From: an uncultured Bacilli bacterium
GTDB lineage: Bacteria; Bacillota_I; Bacilli_A; RF39; UBA660
DNA length: 64,000 nt
Assembly: GCA_944358415.1 (NCBI GenBank)
Contig: CALVRA010000005.1
Span: 6,778 to 70,777, forward strand
Reading direction: 5' to 3'
Below are positions 7,816 through 16,504 of the stretch, piece by piece (the stretch's first letter is position 1; each line of letters opens with the position of its first letter). The notes below the pieces were generated by a model, which had not been told where the DNA came from, ran no database searches, and saw only the letters and a list, made by a program, of their open reading frames with translations. A program made the translations under genes and the position numbers.

Positions 7816-9272
7816 TGGGATATAAAGTATTAATTGGTTTAGAGATGCACTGTGAAATCAGTAATACTAAAACTAAAGTATTTTCTTCGGCTATAAATGG
7901 TTATAGTGATAAAGCTAATACAAATATTAGACCGGTTGATATGGCTTTTCCTGGCACACTTCCTGTCGTTAATAAAGAAGCGGTTAGACTTTCTTTAATG
8001 GCAAGTATGATTTTAGGATGCACGCAGCCAGAATATTTATATTTTGAAAGAAAAAATTATTATTATCCTGATTTACCTAAGGGATTTCAAATTACCCAGG
8101 AAACAAAACCGGCACCTATTGGTAGTTATGGTAAGTTAGAGTATGAGGTAAATGGTGAGAAGAAAAGTGTTAGAATTAATAACTTACATTTGGAAGAGGA
8201 TGCGGCTTCTTCTGATCACTATGCTTCTGGCTCTAGAATTAACTATAATAGGGCAGGAGTGCCTTTACTTGAACTTGTTACGGAACCTGATTTTAGATCA
8301 GCTGATGAGGCAGTAGCTTTTTTGGAAACAATGAGAAGTATTTATCAGTATGCAGATATTAGTGAGGCTGATAGTAAAAAAGGACAAGTTAGATGTGATG
8401 TCAATGTGTCTATTATGGAAGATAATTTAGATGAAAATGACCCTAAAAACTGGGGAACTAAGATTGAGATTAAGAATGTTAATTCATTTGGTGGGGTTAG
8501 AGATGCAATAAATTATGAAATTCAAAGACAAATTGATTTAAAAGAGGATGGAAAATATGATGAGATGCCTCAGCAAACACGTAGATGGGATGAAGAATCT
8601 GGAACAACTATTTATATGCGTAGTAAAGTAGATGCGATTGATTATAAATATTTTGTGGAACCTAATATTCCAAAATTCAAAATTTCTAAAGAGTGGTTAG
8701 AAGAAATTAGAAAGAGTATTCCTAGACTCGCCTTTGAAAGAAAGGAACAATATATAAATGAATATGGTGTATCAGAATATGATGCGACTATTTTAGTTAA
8801 AGAAAAACCAGTAGCTGACTTTTTTGAAAAAACTATTAGTTTAGGGGCAAATCCTAAAAGTGCTTCTAACTGGATTACGACTAATTTACTAGGTAATTTA
8901 AATAAAATGGAATTAACGATTGATGAAGCAAAACTTACACCAGAACATTTAGCAGAGCTTATTAAAATGGTTGAAGATAAAGAAATTTCTTCACAGCAAG
9001 CTAAAGGAGTATTTACTGAAAGTTTGGAAACCGGCAAATCTCCTCATGATATTGCAGCAGAAAAAGGTTTAAAACAAATTACTGATGAAGGTGAGATTGT
9101 TAAAATAACTAATGAGGTTTTAGATGAAAATCCTGATGTTATAAAGCAATATAAAAATGGTAAGACTAATATGGTCAACTATTTAGTTGGACAGGTTATG
9201 AAAAAAACTGGTGGGAAAGCTAATCCTAGTTTAGCTAGGGATGTTATGGCTAAAGAAATAGAGAAGAGGTAA
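7815..9272 (+). CDS. gatB: Asp/Glu-tRNA amidotransferase subunit B
   Basis: ...IGLEMHCEI...NYNRAGVPLLELVTEP...RCDVNVS... and a YqeY-like tail. The start overlaps the gatA stop (ATAATG). Confidence 0.95.
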   Translation: MGYKVLIGLEMHCEISNTKTKVFSSAINGYSDKANTNIRPVDMAFPGTLPVVNKEAVRLSLMASMILGCTQPEYLYFERKNYYYPDLPKGFQITQETKPAPIGSYGKLEYEVNGEKKSVRINNLHLEEDAASSDHYASGSRINYNRAGVPLLELVTEPDFRSADEAVAFLETMRSIYQYADISEADSKKGQVRCDVNVSIMEDNLDENDPKNWGTKIEIKNVNSFGGVRDAINYEIQRQIDLKEDGKYDEMPQQTRRWDEESGTTIYMRSKVDAIDYKYFVEPNIPKFKISKEWLEEIRKSIPRLAFERKEQYINEYGVSEYDATILVKEKPVADFFEKTISLGANPKSASNWITTNLLGNLNKMELTIDEAKLTPEHLAELIKMVEDKEISSQQAKGVFTESLETGKSPHDIAAEKGLKQITDEGEIVKITNEVLDENPDVIKQYKNGKTNMVNYLVGQVMKKTGGKANPSLARDVMAKEIEKR

Positions 9273-9276
9273 GGCA

Positions 9277-11016
9277 ATGAAATATAGAACACAGTACATT
9301 AATGAGCTTTCTGAAGAGAGTATTGGAAATGTTATTAAAGCTTGCGGATTTGTTGAAAATATTCGTGATCACGGTGGAGTTATATTTGTCGATGTTCGTG
9401 ATGAAACTGGGGTTTTACAAATTGTAAGTAATGATGATAGTATATTTAATGGTTTAACTAAAGAGTCAGCTGTTACTTTAACTGGTACTGTACGTATGAG
9501 AGATGAAGAAAATTTTAATCCTAAAATTAGTACAGGAACAATTGAGGTTTTAGTTGATAGTTTTGAAGTTTTAGGTAAAGCTAAGAATGAACTTCCTTTT
9601 GAGATTATTACTTCTACTAATGTTAATGAAGAGGTTAGATTAAAATATAGATATTTAGATTTAAGAAATCCAAAAGTTCATGAAAATATTTTATTTAGAA
9701 GTAAAGTTATTAAGTATTTAAGAGATGTTATGGAAGAAAAGGGCTTTACTGAAATTCAAACACCTATTTTAACGGCATCTTCTCCTGAGGGAGCTAGAGA
9801 TTATTTAGTACCTTCCCGTAAATATAAAGGCAAATTTTATGCTTTACCACAGGCACCACAGCAATTTAAACAATTACTTATGGTAGCTGGCTTTGATAAA
9901 TATTATCAAATTGCCCCTTGTTTTAGAGATGAGGATGCGAGAGCAGATAGATCACCTGGAGAGTTTTACCAATTAGATATGGAAATGGCTTTTGCTTCGG
10001 CCGAAGATGTTTATGAAGTGGCGGAAGATGTAATGTATAAAACATTTACTAAATTTTCTAATAAAAAAGTTTCACCTAAACCTTTTAAAAGAATTACTTA
10101 TAAAGAATCTATGCTTAAATATGGAACAGATAAACCAGATTTAAGAAATCCATTAGAGATAATAGATTTAACTGATGTATTTAAAAATACAACATTTAAA
10201 CCATTTTCTGGCTCTATTGTTAGAGGTATTGCCGTAGATGATATAGCTTCTAAGTCTAATTCTTGGTTTAATGAACTTGTTGATTATGCGAAGAAAATAG
10301 GAATGCCTGGAATTGGTTATATAAGTGTTTTAGATGATGGAACATTTAAAGGACCAATTGATAAGTTTTTATCTGACGTGGAAAGAAAAGATTTAATAGA
10401 AAAAGCTAATTTAAAAAAAGGTTCTGTTTTATTCTTTATTGCTGATAAAAAAGAACTTACTGCGAGTGCGCAAGCAGGACTTATTAGAACAGCTTTAGCT
10501 GAAAGATTAGATTTAATAGATAAAGATAGATTTGAATTTTGCTTTATTGTTGATTTTCCAATGTATGAATATAGTGAAGATGAAGGCAGATTTGTTTTTA
10601 CACATAATCCATTTAGTATGCCACAAGGTGGAATGGATGCACTTTTGAATCAAAAAACAGAAGATATTTTAGCTTATCAATACGATATTGTATGTAATGG
10701 TGTTGAATTATCTTCAGGTGCGGTTCGTAATCATGATGTAGAGATTATGGAAAAAGCTTTTGAGATTGCTGGATATACTAAAGAAGAATTAGAAAGTAGA
10801 TTTAAGTCACTTTATACAGCTTTCCATTATGGTGCACCACCACATGCAGGTATTGCGCCTGGTATTGATAGAATGATTATGCTTTTAAAAGATGAACCTA
10901 ATATTCGTGAAATTATTGCTTTTCCTTTAAATAGTAATGCACAAGATATGATGATGGGCGCGCCAGCGGAAGTAACAGAAAAGCAATTAAGAGAAATTCA
11001 TATTAAGGTTAGATAA
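9277..11016 (+). CDS. aspS: Aspartate--tRNA ligase, bacterial type with insertion domain; discriminating or non-discriminating status cannot be read from sequence
   Basis: Class II motifs ...FYALPQAPQQFKQLLM...FRDEDARADRSPEF...GAPPHAGIAPGIDR... Starts 4 nt after gatB. Confidence 0.95.
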   Translation: MKYRTQYINELSEESIGNVIKACGFVENIRDHGGVIFVDVRDETGVLQIVSNDDSIFNGLTKESAVTLTGTVRMRDEENFNPKISTGTIEVLVDSFEVLGKAKNELPFEIITSTNVNEEVRLKYRYLDLRNPKVHENILFRSKVIKYLRDVMEEKGFTEIQTPILTASSPEGARDYLVPSRKYKGKFYALPQAPQQFKQLLMVAGFDKYYQIAPCFRDEDARADRSPGEFYQLDMEMAFASAEDVYEVAEDVMYKTFTKFSNKKVSPKPFKRITYKESMLKYGTDKPDLRNPLEIIDLTDVFKNTTFKPFSGSIVRGIAVDDIASKSNSWFNELVDYAKKIGMPGIGYISVLDDGTFKGPIDKFLSDVERKDLIEKANLKKGSVLFFIADKKELTASAQAGLIRTALAERLDLIDKDRFEFCFIVDFPMYEYSEDEGRFVFTHNPFSMPQGGMDALLNQKTEDILAYQYDIVCNGVELSSGAVRNHDVEIMEKAFEIAGYTKEELESRFKSLYTAFHYGAPPHAGIAPGIDRMIMLLKDEPNIREIIAFPLNSNAQDMMMGAPAEVTEKQLREIHIKVR

Positions 11017-11038
11017 GGAATACTTTATTAGTATTTCT
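11016..11038. repeat. Left copy of the 21-23-bp target-site duplication (the aspS terminator hairpin)
   Basis: AGGAATACTTTATTAGTATTTCT is identical to 12711-12733. Confidence 0.85.
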
Positions 11039-12537
11039 CAGGCTGTTGACAAAGTAAGTTCAAAAATTAAAGAACTTACTTTTCTGATGTAATATTTTAT
11101 AATTTTAAATAATTTCTGAAAATTAAGAGTATTTAGTGGTTTACCAAGGTCACTTTTCCACATCCATCTTGCCATTTTCTTTAAATTATGACACGCGAAA
11201 ATCATCGTGGCATTATGCGAATTTTTCTTTAAGCCACGAATCCTTGTATACCTTAGACAATGTAATTCTTTACAGTCACCAAAAACTCTTTCTATTGTTT
11301 CTTTCCTTTTTGGATATAATTCTTTCCAAGGTTTTGTATATCTTAATTCATTAGTATATTCTTTATATGCTTCCCATACATGTCTTGTTATTATTTTTTG
11401 ATTATTTTTGCTTTCTGTACATTTATCTTTAAATGGACAATTTTTACACTTTTCTGGATTTGATTTATATATCTTATAACCATTCTTATCTGTTGTAGAA
11501 TATTTTAATATTTCATTATTTGGACATATATAACAGTCAAAATATTCATCATATACATATTCATGTTTTCTAAAAAAACCTTTCTTAGTCATTGGCCTTT
11601 TATATGGCATAAGTGGTGTATGTCCATTTGATATTATTTTTTTACATATAGCTGGAATTAGATAAGCCGCATCTAAACATACATTTTCTATTTGATATCT
11701 AAATCTTTGATTTACTTGCTCATAAGCTCCATAAAATGATACACTGTCATGAACATTTCCAGGTATAGTTGTATTTGATAGTACAAAACCATTTTTATCA
11801 CAAAAAGTATGATGTGAATAAGCAAAACATTTATCTTTTTCACCTTTATGAAAACATCCACTTTCAGGATCTGTTTTACTTTGTTTAATATGTTTTGTAT
11901 TAACATCTTCCCTTACTTCGCCAGTTTCTTCATCGAACATAATCTCTCTTTTACCAGTTTCTTTTAATGGCTTTTTCCCATGATTTTCTCTATCATTATT
12001 TATCTCTTCAAGCATGGCATCTTCATAAGCCTTTTTTACTATTTCTACTTCTACATCTTCATATTTGTTTTTATTGGCATTAGCTTTTTGATGTGTACTG
12101 TCTCCAAATATTGTAGATACATCTACATATCCTAAACTAATGGCTTGATCTAATATTTTAGTAAATATTTGTTCAAATACTTCGCTATCTTTGTATCTTC
12201 TTATATAATTTTGACTCCATGTTGAATAATTTGGTATTTCATCATATATTGATAATCCTAAAAACCATCTATAAGCTATATTTACCTTACATTCCTCACA
12301 CGTTTTTCTCATTGAATTTATTCCAAATATTATATTTATAAATATTAATTTAAAAAGTACCACTGGAGGAACACTTGGTCTACCAAATTCACTATATAAA
12401 TCTTTTACTAATTCTTCTATAAAAGTAAAATCTATACAGTTATCTAGTTTTCTAACCAAATGATCTTTGGGTACTAGCTCATCTAAAGTATTTAATATTA
12501 TACAATCATTTTTATATTTTTGTTTAGTCATTGCCAT
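11038..12537 (-). CDS. DDE transposase with InsH-type N-terminal domain (IS1182-family-like)
   Basis: ...LVPKDHLVRKLDNCIDFTFI...GRPSVPPVVLFKLIFI...NIAYRWFLGL... is typical of IS5/IS1182 transposases. The ORF runs through the left inverted repeat. Confidence 0.85.
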   Translation of the reverse strand: MAMTKQKYKNDCIILNTLDELVPKDHLVRKLDNCIDFTFIEELVKDLYSEFGRPSVPPVVLFKLIFINIIFGINSMRKTCEECKVNIAYRWFLGLSIYDEIPNYSTWSQNYIRRYKDSEVFEQIFTKILDQAISLGYVDVSTIFGDSTHQKANANKNKYEDVEVEIVKKAYEDAMLEEINNDRENHGKKPLKETGKREIMFDEETGEVREDVNTKHIKQSKTDPESGCFHKGEKDKCFAYSHHTFCDKNGFVLSNTTIPGNVHDSVSFYGAYEQVNQRFRYQIENVCLDAAYLIPAICKKIISNGHTPLMPYKRPMTKKGFFRKHEYVYDEYFDCYICPNNEILKYSTTDKNGYKIYKSNPEKCKNCPFKDKCTESKNNQKIITRHVWEAYKEYTNELRYTKPWKELYPKRKETIERVFGDCKELHCLRYTRIRGLKKNSHNATMIFACHNLKKMARWMWKSDLGKPLNTLNFQKLFKIIKYYIRKVSSLIFELTLSTA

Positions 12538-12710
12538 TTTATCACTTCCTTATTCTAACCTATATATACATTATCTCATATTTACATAAAAAAAGCGAGA
12601 TATAGCAATGACAAATTTGGTTAGAATAAGTCTTTATCTCGCAAGTCCATTATACATTATTTTTTTCTTTTTGAAAAGGCTGTTGACTATATACCTTTGT
12701 CAACAGCCTG
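11039..12710 (-). mobile_element. Insertion sequence, IS1182-like (IS5/IS4 DDE superfamily), about 1.67 kb
   Basis: Perfect 16-bp terminal inverted repeats CAGGCTGTTGACAAAG (11039-11054 and the reverse complement at 12695-12710). One transposase ORF. Flanked by a long direct repeat. Confidence 0.85.
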
Positions 12711-12733
12711 AGGAATACTTTATTAGTATTTCT
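12711..12733. repeat. Right copy of the target-site duplication; this copy keeps the T-run of the aspS terminator
   Basis: AGGAATACTTTATTAGTATTTCT followed by TTTTT. Confidence 0.85.
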
Positions 12734-12775
12734 TTTTTCATTTTGCTCATAATAAAAAATGAAAGGAGTTAGATT

Positions 12776-12892
12776 ATGAGCTGTAAAAATAAAAAGAATA
12801 AAAAAAATAATAAGTCGCTTTTGGAAAAAACAGTTAAAAAGGAAGCTACTAGTCCTGCAGATATGCAAGATAATGTTAAAAAAGATATGTAA
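12776..12892 (+). CDS. Small lysine-rich protein (38 aa), unknown function
   Basis: Below the ORF-track size cutoff. RBS GAAAGGAG lies 7 nt before the ATG. Product MSCKNKKNKKNNKSLLEKTVKKEATSPADMQDNVKKDM. An imperfect hairpin plus T-run follows. Confidence 0.4.
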   Translation: MSCKNKKNKKNNKSLLEKTVKKEATSPADMQDNVKKDM

Positions 12893-12951
12893 AAGCTTAA
12901 ATTTTAGGCTTTTTTTTGTTATAATATGTTTATTATTTTTGGAGGTTTGTT

Positions 12952-13284
12952 ATGAAAGAAGAGACTAAAAGAATTTTAGAAAATCGTTTACAAGATGTGA
13001 ATGAAAAAATATTAAGAAATGAAGAGCATATTATGGGAGGCTTATATGCTTGTGGGGTTGGAGCTTTGGGGATGATTTACGGAGTACTTTCAAAAAGCGA
13101 TAGTAGTTTTATTAGCGGAATGATTGTAAGTTCTGGAAGTTTACTTTTTAGGCTTTTTTATCAAAGACAAAATAATTATTTAAGAGATGCACAATATGAT
13201 TTAAGATACGCTTTGAAGCACCCTGAGATTGTGATAGAGTATAGTAGCGATAAAAAATATCAAGGGAAACATTTTAAAAAGTAA
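12952..13284 (+). CDS. Hypothetical small membrane protein
   Basis: RBS GGAGG. Two hydrophobic segments (GGLYACGVGALGMIYGVL, ISGMIVSSGSLLF). Confidence 0.6.
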   Translation: MKEETKRILENRLQDVNEKILRNEEHIMGGLYACGVGALGMIYGVLSKSDSSFISGMIVSSGSLLFRLFYQRQNNYLRDAQYDLRYALKHPEIVIEYSSDKKYQGKHFKK

Positions 13285-13313
13285 TTGACAGATACATTTA
13301 TTTAAGGTAAAAT
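13285..13313 (+). promoter_or_regulatory. Promoter of tRNA-Ser
   Basis: TTGACA, 17-nt spacer, TAAAAT, located 17 nt upstream of the tRNA. Confidence 0.6.
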
Positions 13314-13330
13314 TATAAACGTAGTGTTTT

Positions 13331-13421
13331 GGAGTAGTACTCAAGAGGCTGAAGAGGCGCCCCTGCTAAGGGTGTAGGTCGGGCAACCGGCGCGAGGGTT
13401 CAAATCCCTCCTGCTCCGCCA
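13331..13421 (+). tRNA. tRNA-Ser (anticodon GCT)
   Basis: Long variable arm, anticodon loop CTGCTAA, TTCAAAT T-loop, encoded CCA. 91 nt. Confidence 0.9.
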
Positions 13422-13435
13422 CTTTTGTTTATTAG

Positions 13436-13463
13436 CTTACTTATTAATTTAAGTAAGTTTTTT
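13436..13463 (+). terminator. Rho-independent terminator after tRNA-Ser
   Basis: CTTACTTA-ttaatt-TAAGTAAG followed by T6. Immediately followed by the promoter TTGACA-17-TATTAT (13465-13493). Confidence 0.75.
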
Positions 13464-13518
13464 ATTGACAAAATTTCTTTTTTATTGTATTATTGTATTA
13501 GTACAGTGAGGTGATTAA

Positions 13519-13866
13519 TTGTTTAGTAATGAAAAACCAATTTATATGCAGCTTTCTACTTTTTTGGCTATGGATATAGTGAGTGGAAAGTATAAAGCAG
13601 GTGCAAAAATTCCGTCAGTTAGGGAACTTTCTAGTATATTTAAGGTTAATCCGAATACAGTTTTAAAAGCTTTGAGTGAACTTGAGAATTTAAATTTAAT
13701 TTATACTGAGAGGACAAATGGTAAATTTGTAACAAAAGATAAGAAAGTTATTGATAATTATTTAAAAAAATTAGCTTTTGAAAAGACAAAGATTTATTTA
13801 AATGATATGAATAAATTAGGATTTAATAAGAATGAAATTAAAGATTTGATAGAAAGGTGTGAATAA
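13519..13866 (+). CDS. GntR-family transcriptional regulator (YtrA subfamily)
   Basis: ...PIYMQL...G.KIPSVRELSSIFKVNPNTVLKALSELE..LIYTERTNGKFV... TTG start follows RBS AGGTGA. Confidence 0.85.
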   Translation: MFSNEKPIYMQLSTFLAMDIVSGKYKAGAKIPSVRELSSIFKVNPNTVLKALSELENLNLIYTERTNGKFVTKDKKVIDNYLKKLAFEKTKIYLNDMNKLGFNKNEIKDLIERCE

Positions 13867-14559
13867 ATGTTATTAGAGTGTAAGAATGTGTGCAAGAGCT
13901 ATGGAAAAAAGGAGGTTTTAAAAAATATTAATTTGAAGTTACCTAAGGGGAAGATTGTCGGTTTACTTGGTAAAAATGGTAGTGGTAAGACAACTTTAAT
14001 TAAGGTTATTAATGAACTTCTTTCTTTAGATAAAGGTAGTATTTTAGTTGATGGTAAAATGGTAGGTGTAGAAAGTAAAAAACTAATTTCGTATTTACCT
14101 GAGAGGAATTATTTAAATGTTCATAAAAAGGTTAAGGATATAATAGATTATTTTAGTGATTTTTATGAAGATTTTGATAAAGATAAAGTTTATAAGTTAC
14201 TTGATGATTTGAATATTAAAGCTGACGATAAATTATCTGTAATGTCTAAAGGAATGAGAGAGAAAATGCAGCTTGCTTTAGTTATGAGTAGAAGAGCTAA
14301 ACTTTATATTTTGGATGAACCTATGGGTGGAGTAGATCCGGCGACTCGAGATTATATTTTGGATACTATTTTAAATAATTTTGATGATGGTTCAACAATA
14401 CTTATGTCGACGCATTTGATTAGTGATATTGAAAGGGTTTTAGATGAAGTAATTTTTATTGATGATGGTAAGATTACAAGATGTGAGAATGCGGATAAGC
14501 TTAGGAGTGAAACAGGGAAGAGTATTGATGAAGTATTTAGGGAGGATTTTAAATGTTAG
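13867..14559 (+). CDS. ABC transporter ATP-binding protein
   Basis: Walker A GKNGSGKTT, signature LSKGMREK, Walker B LYILDEP. Confidence 0.9.
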   Translation: MLLECKNVCKSYGKKEVLKNINLKLPKGKIVGLLGKNGSGKTTLIKVINELLSLDKGSILVDGKMVGVESKKLISYLPERNYLNVHKKVKDIIDYFSDFYEDFDKDKVYKLLDDLNIKADDKLSVMSKGMREKMQLALVMSRRAKLYILDEPMGGVDPATRDYILDTILNNFDDGSTILMSTHLISDIERVLDEVIFIDDGKITRCENADKLRSETGKSIDEVFREDFKC

Positions 14560-15335
14560 GTAAGGTTTTGAAATATGATATTAAAGCATTAAGTAGGTAT
14601 TTAATACCACTTTATGCAGTGATACTTGGTTTAAGTTTAATGATTAGAATTCTTAGTTTGTTTGATGATGTTTCTATTATTGCGATTGTTTTAGGTCTTA
14701 TGATATTAGCTTTGGTGTTTGCGGTAGGATTTTCATTTCTTTTGACAGGAATATTTAATATTAAATATTATTTGGAAAATTTATTTAAAGATGAGGCTTA
14801 TTTAACACATACACTTCCAGTAAAAAAAGGAACTTTACTTTTATCTAAAGTGCTTGCGTGTGTGATAACTATTATTATGACTTTTATATGTGTTTTGTTT
14901 AGTTTACTTATTGCTTTTTATAAGGAAGGATTTTTTAGTGAGATATTTAAAATTTTAGGTGAAAGTTATGCTGGTATGGAAATTTATAAATTCGTTTTAT
15001 ATATGGGAATTTATGGAATAATTGGTTATTTAACGACAATTTTAATGGTATATGCAGCTATTTCTATTGGACATAGTAAAAGTTCTAATAAGATAGTGTC
15101 ATCAGTTATTTGGGGATTAATATTTTATTTTGGAATTGAATTTTTAAATTTAGGATTGCTTTTTATTGTAATGGCAGCGGAACCTTCATTTATTATGAAT
15201 TTAGAAAATAATACTTTTATGATGAGTGATTTACTTAATTTCTTTACAATATTTATGGTATTTATAGCTATACTTGGAGGCATATTTTATTATATTAGTT
15301 ACAGATTTATGAGTAAAAGACTTAATTTGGAATAG
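14553..15335 (+). CDS. ABC-2-type transporter membrane protein
   Basis: Six predicted hydrophobic segments. Overlaps the ATPase stop by 7 nt. Confidence 0.7.
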   Translation: MLGKVLKYDIKALSRYLIPLYAVILGLSLMIRILSLFDDVSIIAIVLGLMILALVFAVGFSFLLTGIFNIKYYLENLFKDEAYLTHTLPVKKGTLLLSKVLACVITIIMTFICVLFSLLIAFYKEGFFSEIFKILGESYAGMEIYKFVLYMGIYGIIGYLTTILMVYAAISIGHSKSSNKIVSSVIWGLIFYFGIEFLNLGLLFIVMAAEPSFIMNLENNTFMMSDLLNFFTIFMVFIAILGGIFYYISYRFMSKRLNLE

Positions 15336-15395
15336 ATTAGGTCTTTTTATTATTTGAAATTTTTTATTTTTTATATCATATTATAGGTGATATGT

Positions 15396-15887
15396 ATGAA
15401 GTTATATAAAGATTTTTTAAAGGCGGTTTTAAAAAATGATCCTTCTTTTAAAAATAAAATGGAAGTTTTTTTATATCCTGGTTTTTGGGGTTTGGTATTT
15501 TATAAAATTTCAAGATTTTTTTATTTAAGAAAGATTTACTTTTTTGCAAGATTATTTATGGAAATAGGAAAAAGATTAACTAGCATTGAAATTCATCCTG
15601 GGGCAGTTATTGGAAAAAGATTTTTTATTGATCATGGATTTGGGGTGGTGATTGGTGAAACCACTGTTATAGGTGATGATGTTACGATTTATCATGGAGT
15701 AACACTTGGAGGAACTGGAAAGGAAAAAGGTAAAAGACATCCCAATATAGGAAATAATGTATTAATAGGTGCTGGTGCGAAAGTACTTGGAAATATTAAT
15801 ATTGGTAATAATGTAAAGATAGGGGCAAATGCGATAATTTTAAAGGATGTGGATGATAATGTAACAGCAGTTGGAATTTATAAGTAA
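15396..15887 (+). CDS. Serine O-acetyltransferase-like hexapeptide-repeat acyltransferase (short form)
   Basis: ...[45 protein letters not shown]...[19 protein letters not shown]... Confidence 0.8.
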   Translation: MKLYKDFLKAVLKNDPSFKNKMEVFLYPGFWGLVFYKISRFFYLRKIYFFARLFMEIGKRLTSIEIHPGAVIGKRFFIDHGFGVVIGETTVIGDDVTIYHGVTLGGTGKEKGKRHPNIGNNVLIGAGAKVLGNINIGNNVKIGANAIILKDVDDNVTAVGIYK

Positions 15888-15906
15888 AATGTGGTAGAAT
15901 TAGTTT

Positions 15907-16485
15907 ATGGAAGATAGAGCGAAGATTATAGCATTTTGTGGAATAGATGGCTGTGGTAAGAGTACACAGTTAAAATTGGTAAATGATAATTTAAGCAAGT
16001 CATCTAAAGTTATGGTGGCTAAACTTGATTATTTTCCTTTAAATAAAATGGGGGATAATAAGTATTTAGATATGATTTTGAAAGGATATAGTGGCCTTAG
16101 GATAATTGATTATTATAAGAGGTTACAAAGCAAGGATGTTTTTAATTATGATTATATTTTATGTGATAGGCATTTGCTTTGTTATTTGGCTTATGCTTAT
16201 GCCTATGGAATTGGACATTTGGATCTTATAAGAAAATTGTTTTTTATGGTGAAAAATCCAGATTTGACTTTTTATTTTGATGTTCCAGTTGATGAGGCTT
16301 TGAGGAGAATTAGTGGACGATCATTTAAAGATAGAAATGAGAATTTTAAAACACTTACTTTGGCTAAAGAAGGTTATAAGTTTATGATAGATTCTTTTGA
16401 CAATGTGTTTATGGTGGATGGAACTTTACCTAGTGATGAATGTTTATCTTTAGTTATTGATAAAGTGAAAAGTTTAAAAAAATAA
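15907..16485 (+). CDS. Thymidylate-kinase-like P-loop kinase (divergent paralog)
   Basis: P-loop FCGIDGCGKSTQ and a DRH...YLAYAYA segment resembling the Tmk DRY...AYQ region. Confidence 0.6.
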   Translation: MEDRAKIIAFCGIDGCGKSTQLKLVNDNLSKSSKVMVAKLDYFPLNKMGDNKYLDMILKGYSGLRIIDYYKRLQSKDVFNYDYILCDRHLLCYLAYAYAYGIGHLDLIRKLFFMVKNPDLTFYFDVPVDEALRRISGRSFKDRNENFKTLTLAKEGYKFMIDSFDNVFMVDGTLPSDECLSLVIDKVKSLKK

Positions 16486-16504
16486 ATTAATTATGGAGGA
16501 ATAT

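Noticed and set aside
8642-9037. 131-aa antisense ORF inside gatB, and similar antisense ORFs at 3516-3707, 11136-11401, 17678-17899, 38004-38324, 52830-53033, 55125-55331, 57826-58044 and 61749-61931
   Set aside because: All lie fully inside strongly supported genes on the opposite strand. They lack ribosome-binding sites and have low-complexity, unprotein-like composition.
12650-12868. 72-aa minus-strand ORF crossing the right end of the IS
   Set aside because: It spans the inverted repeat, the target duplication and the aspS terminator remnant. It has no RBS, and its composition is F/I/L-rich noise.
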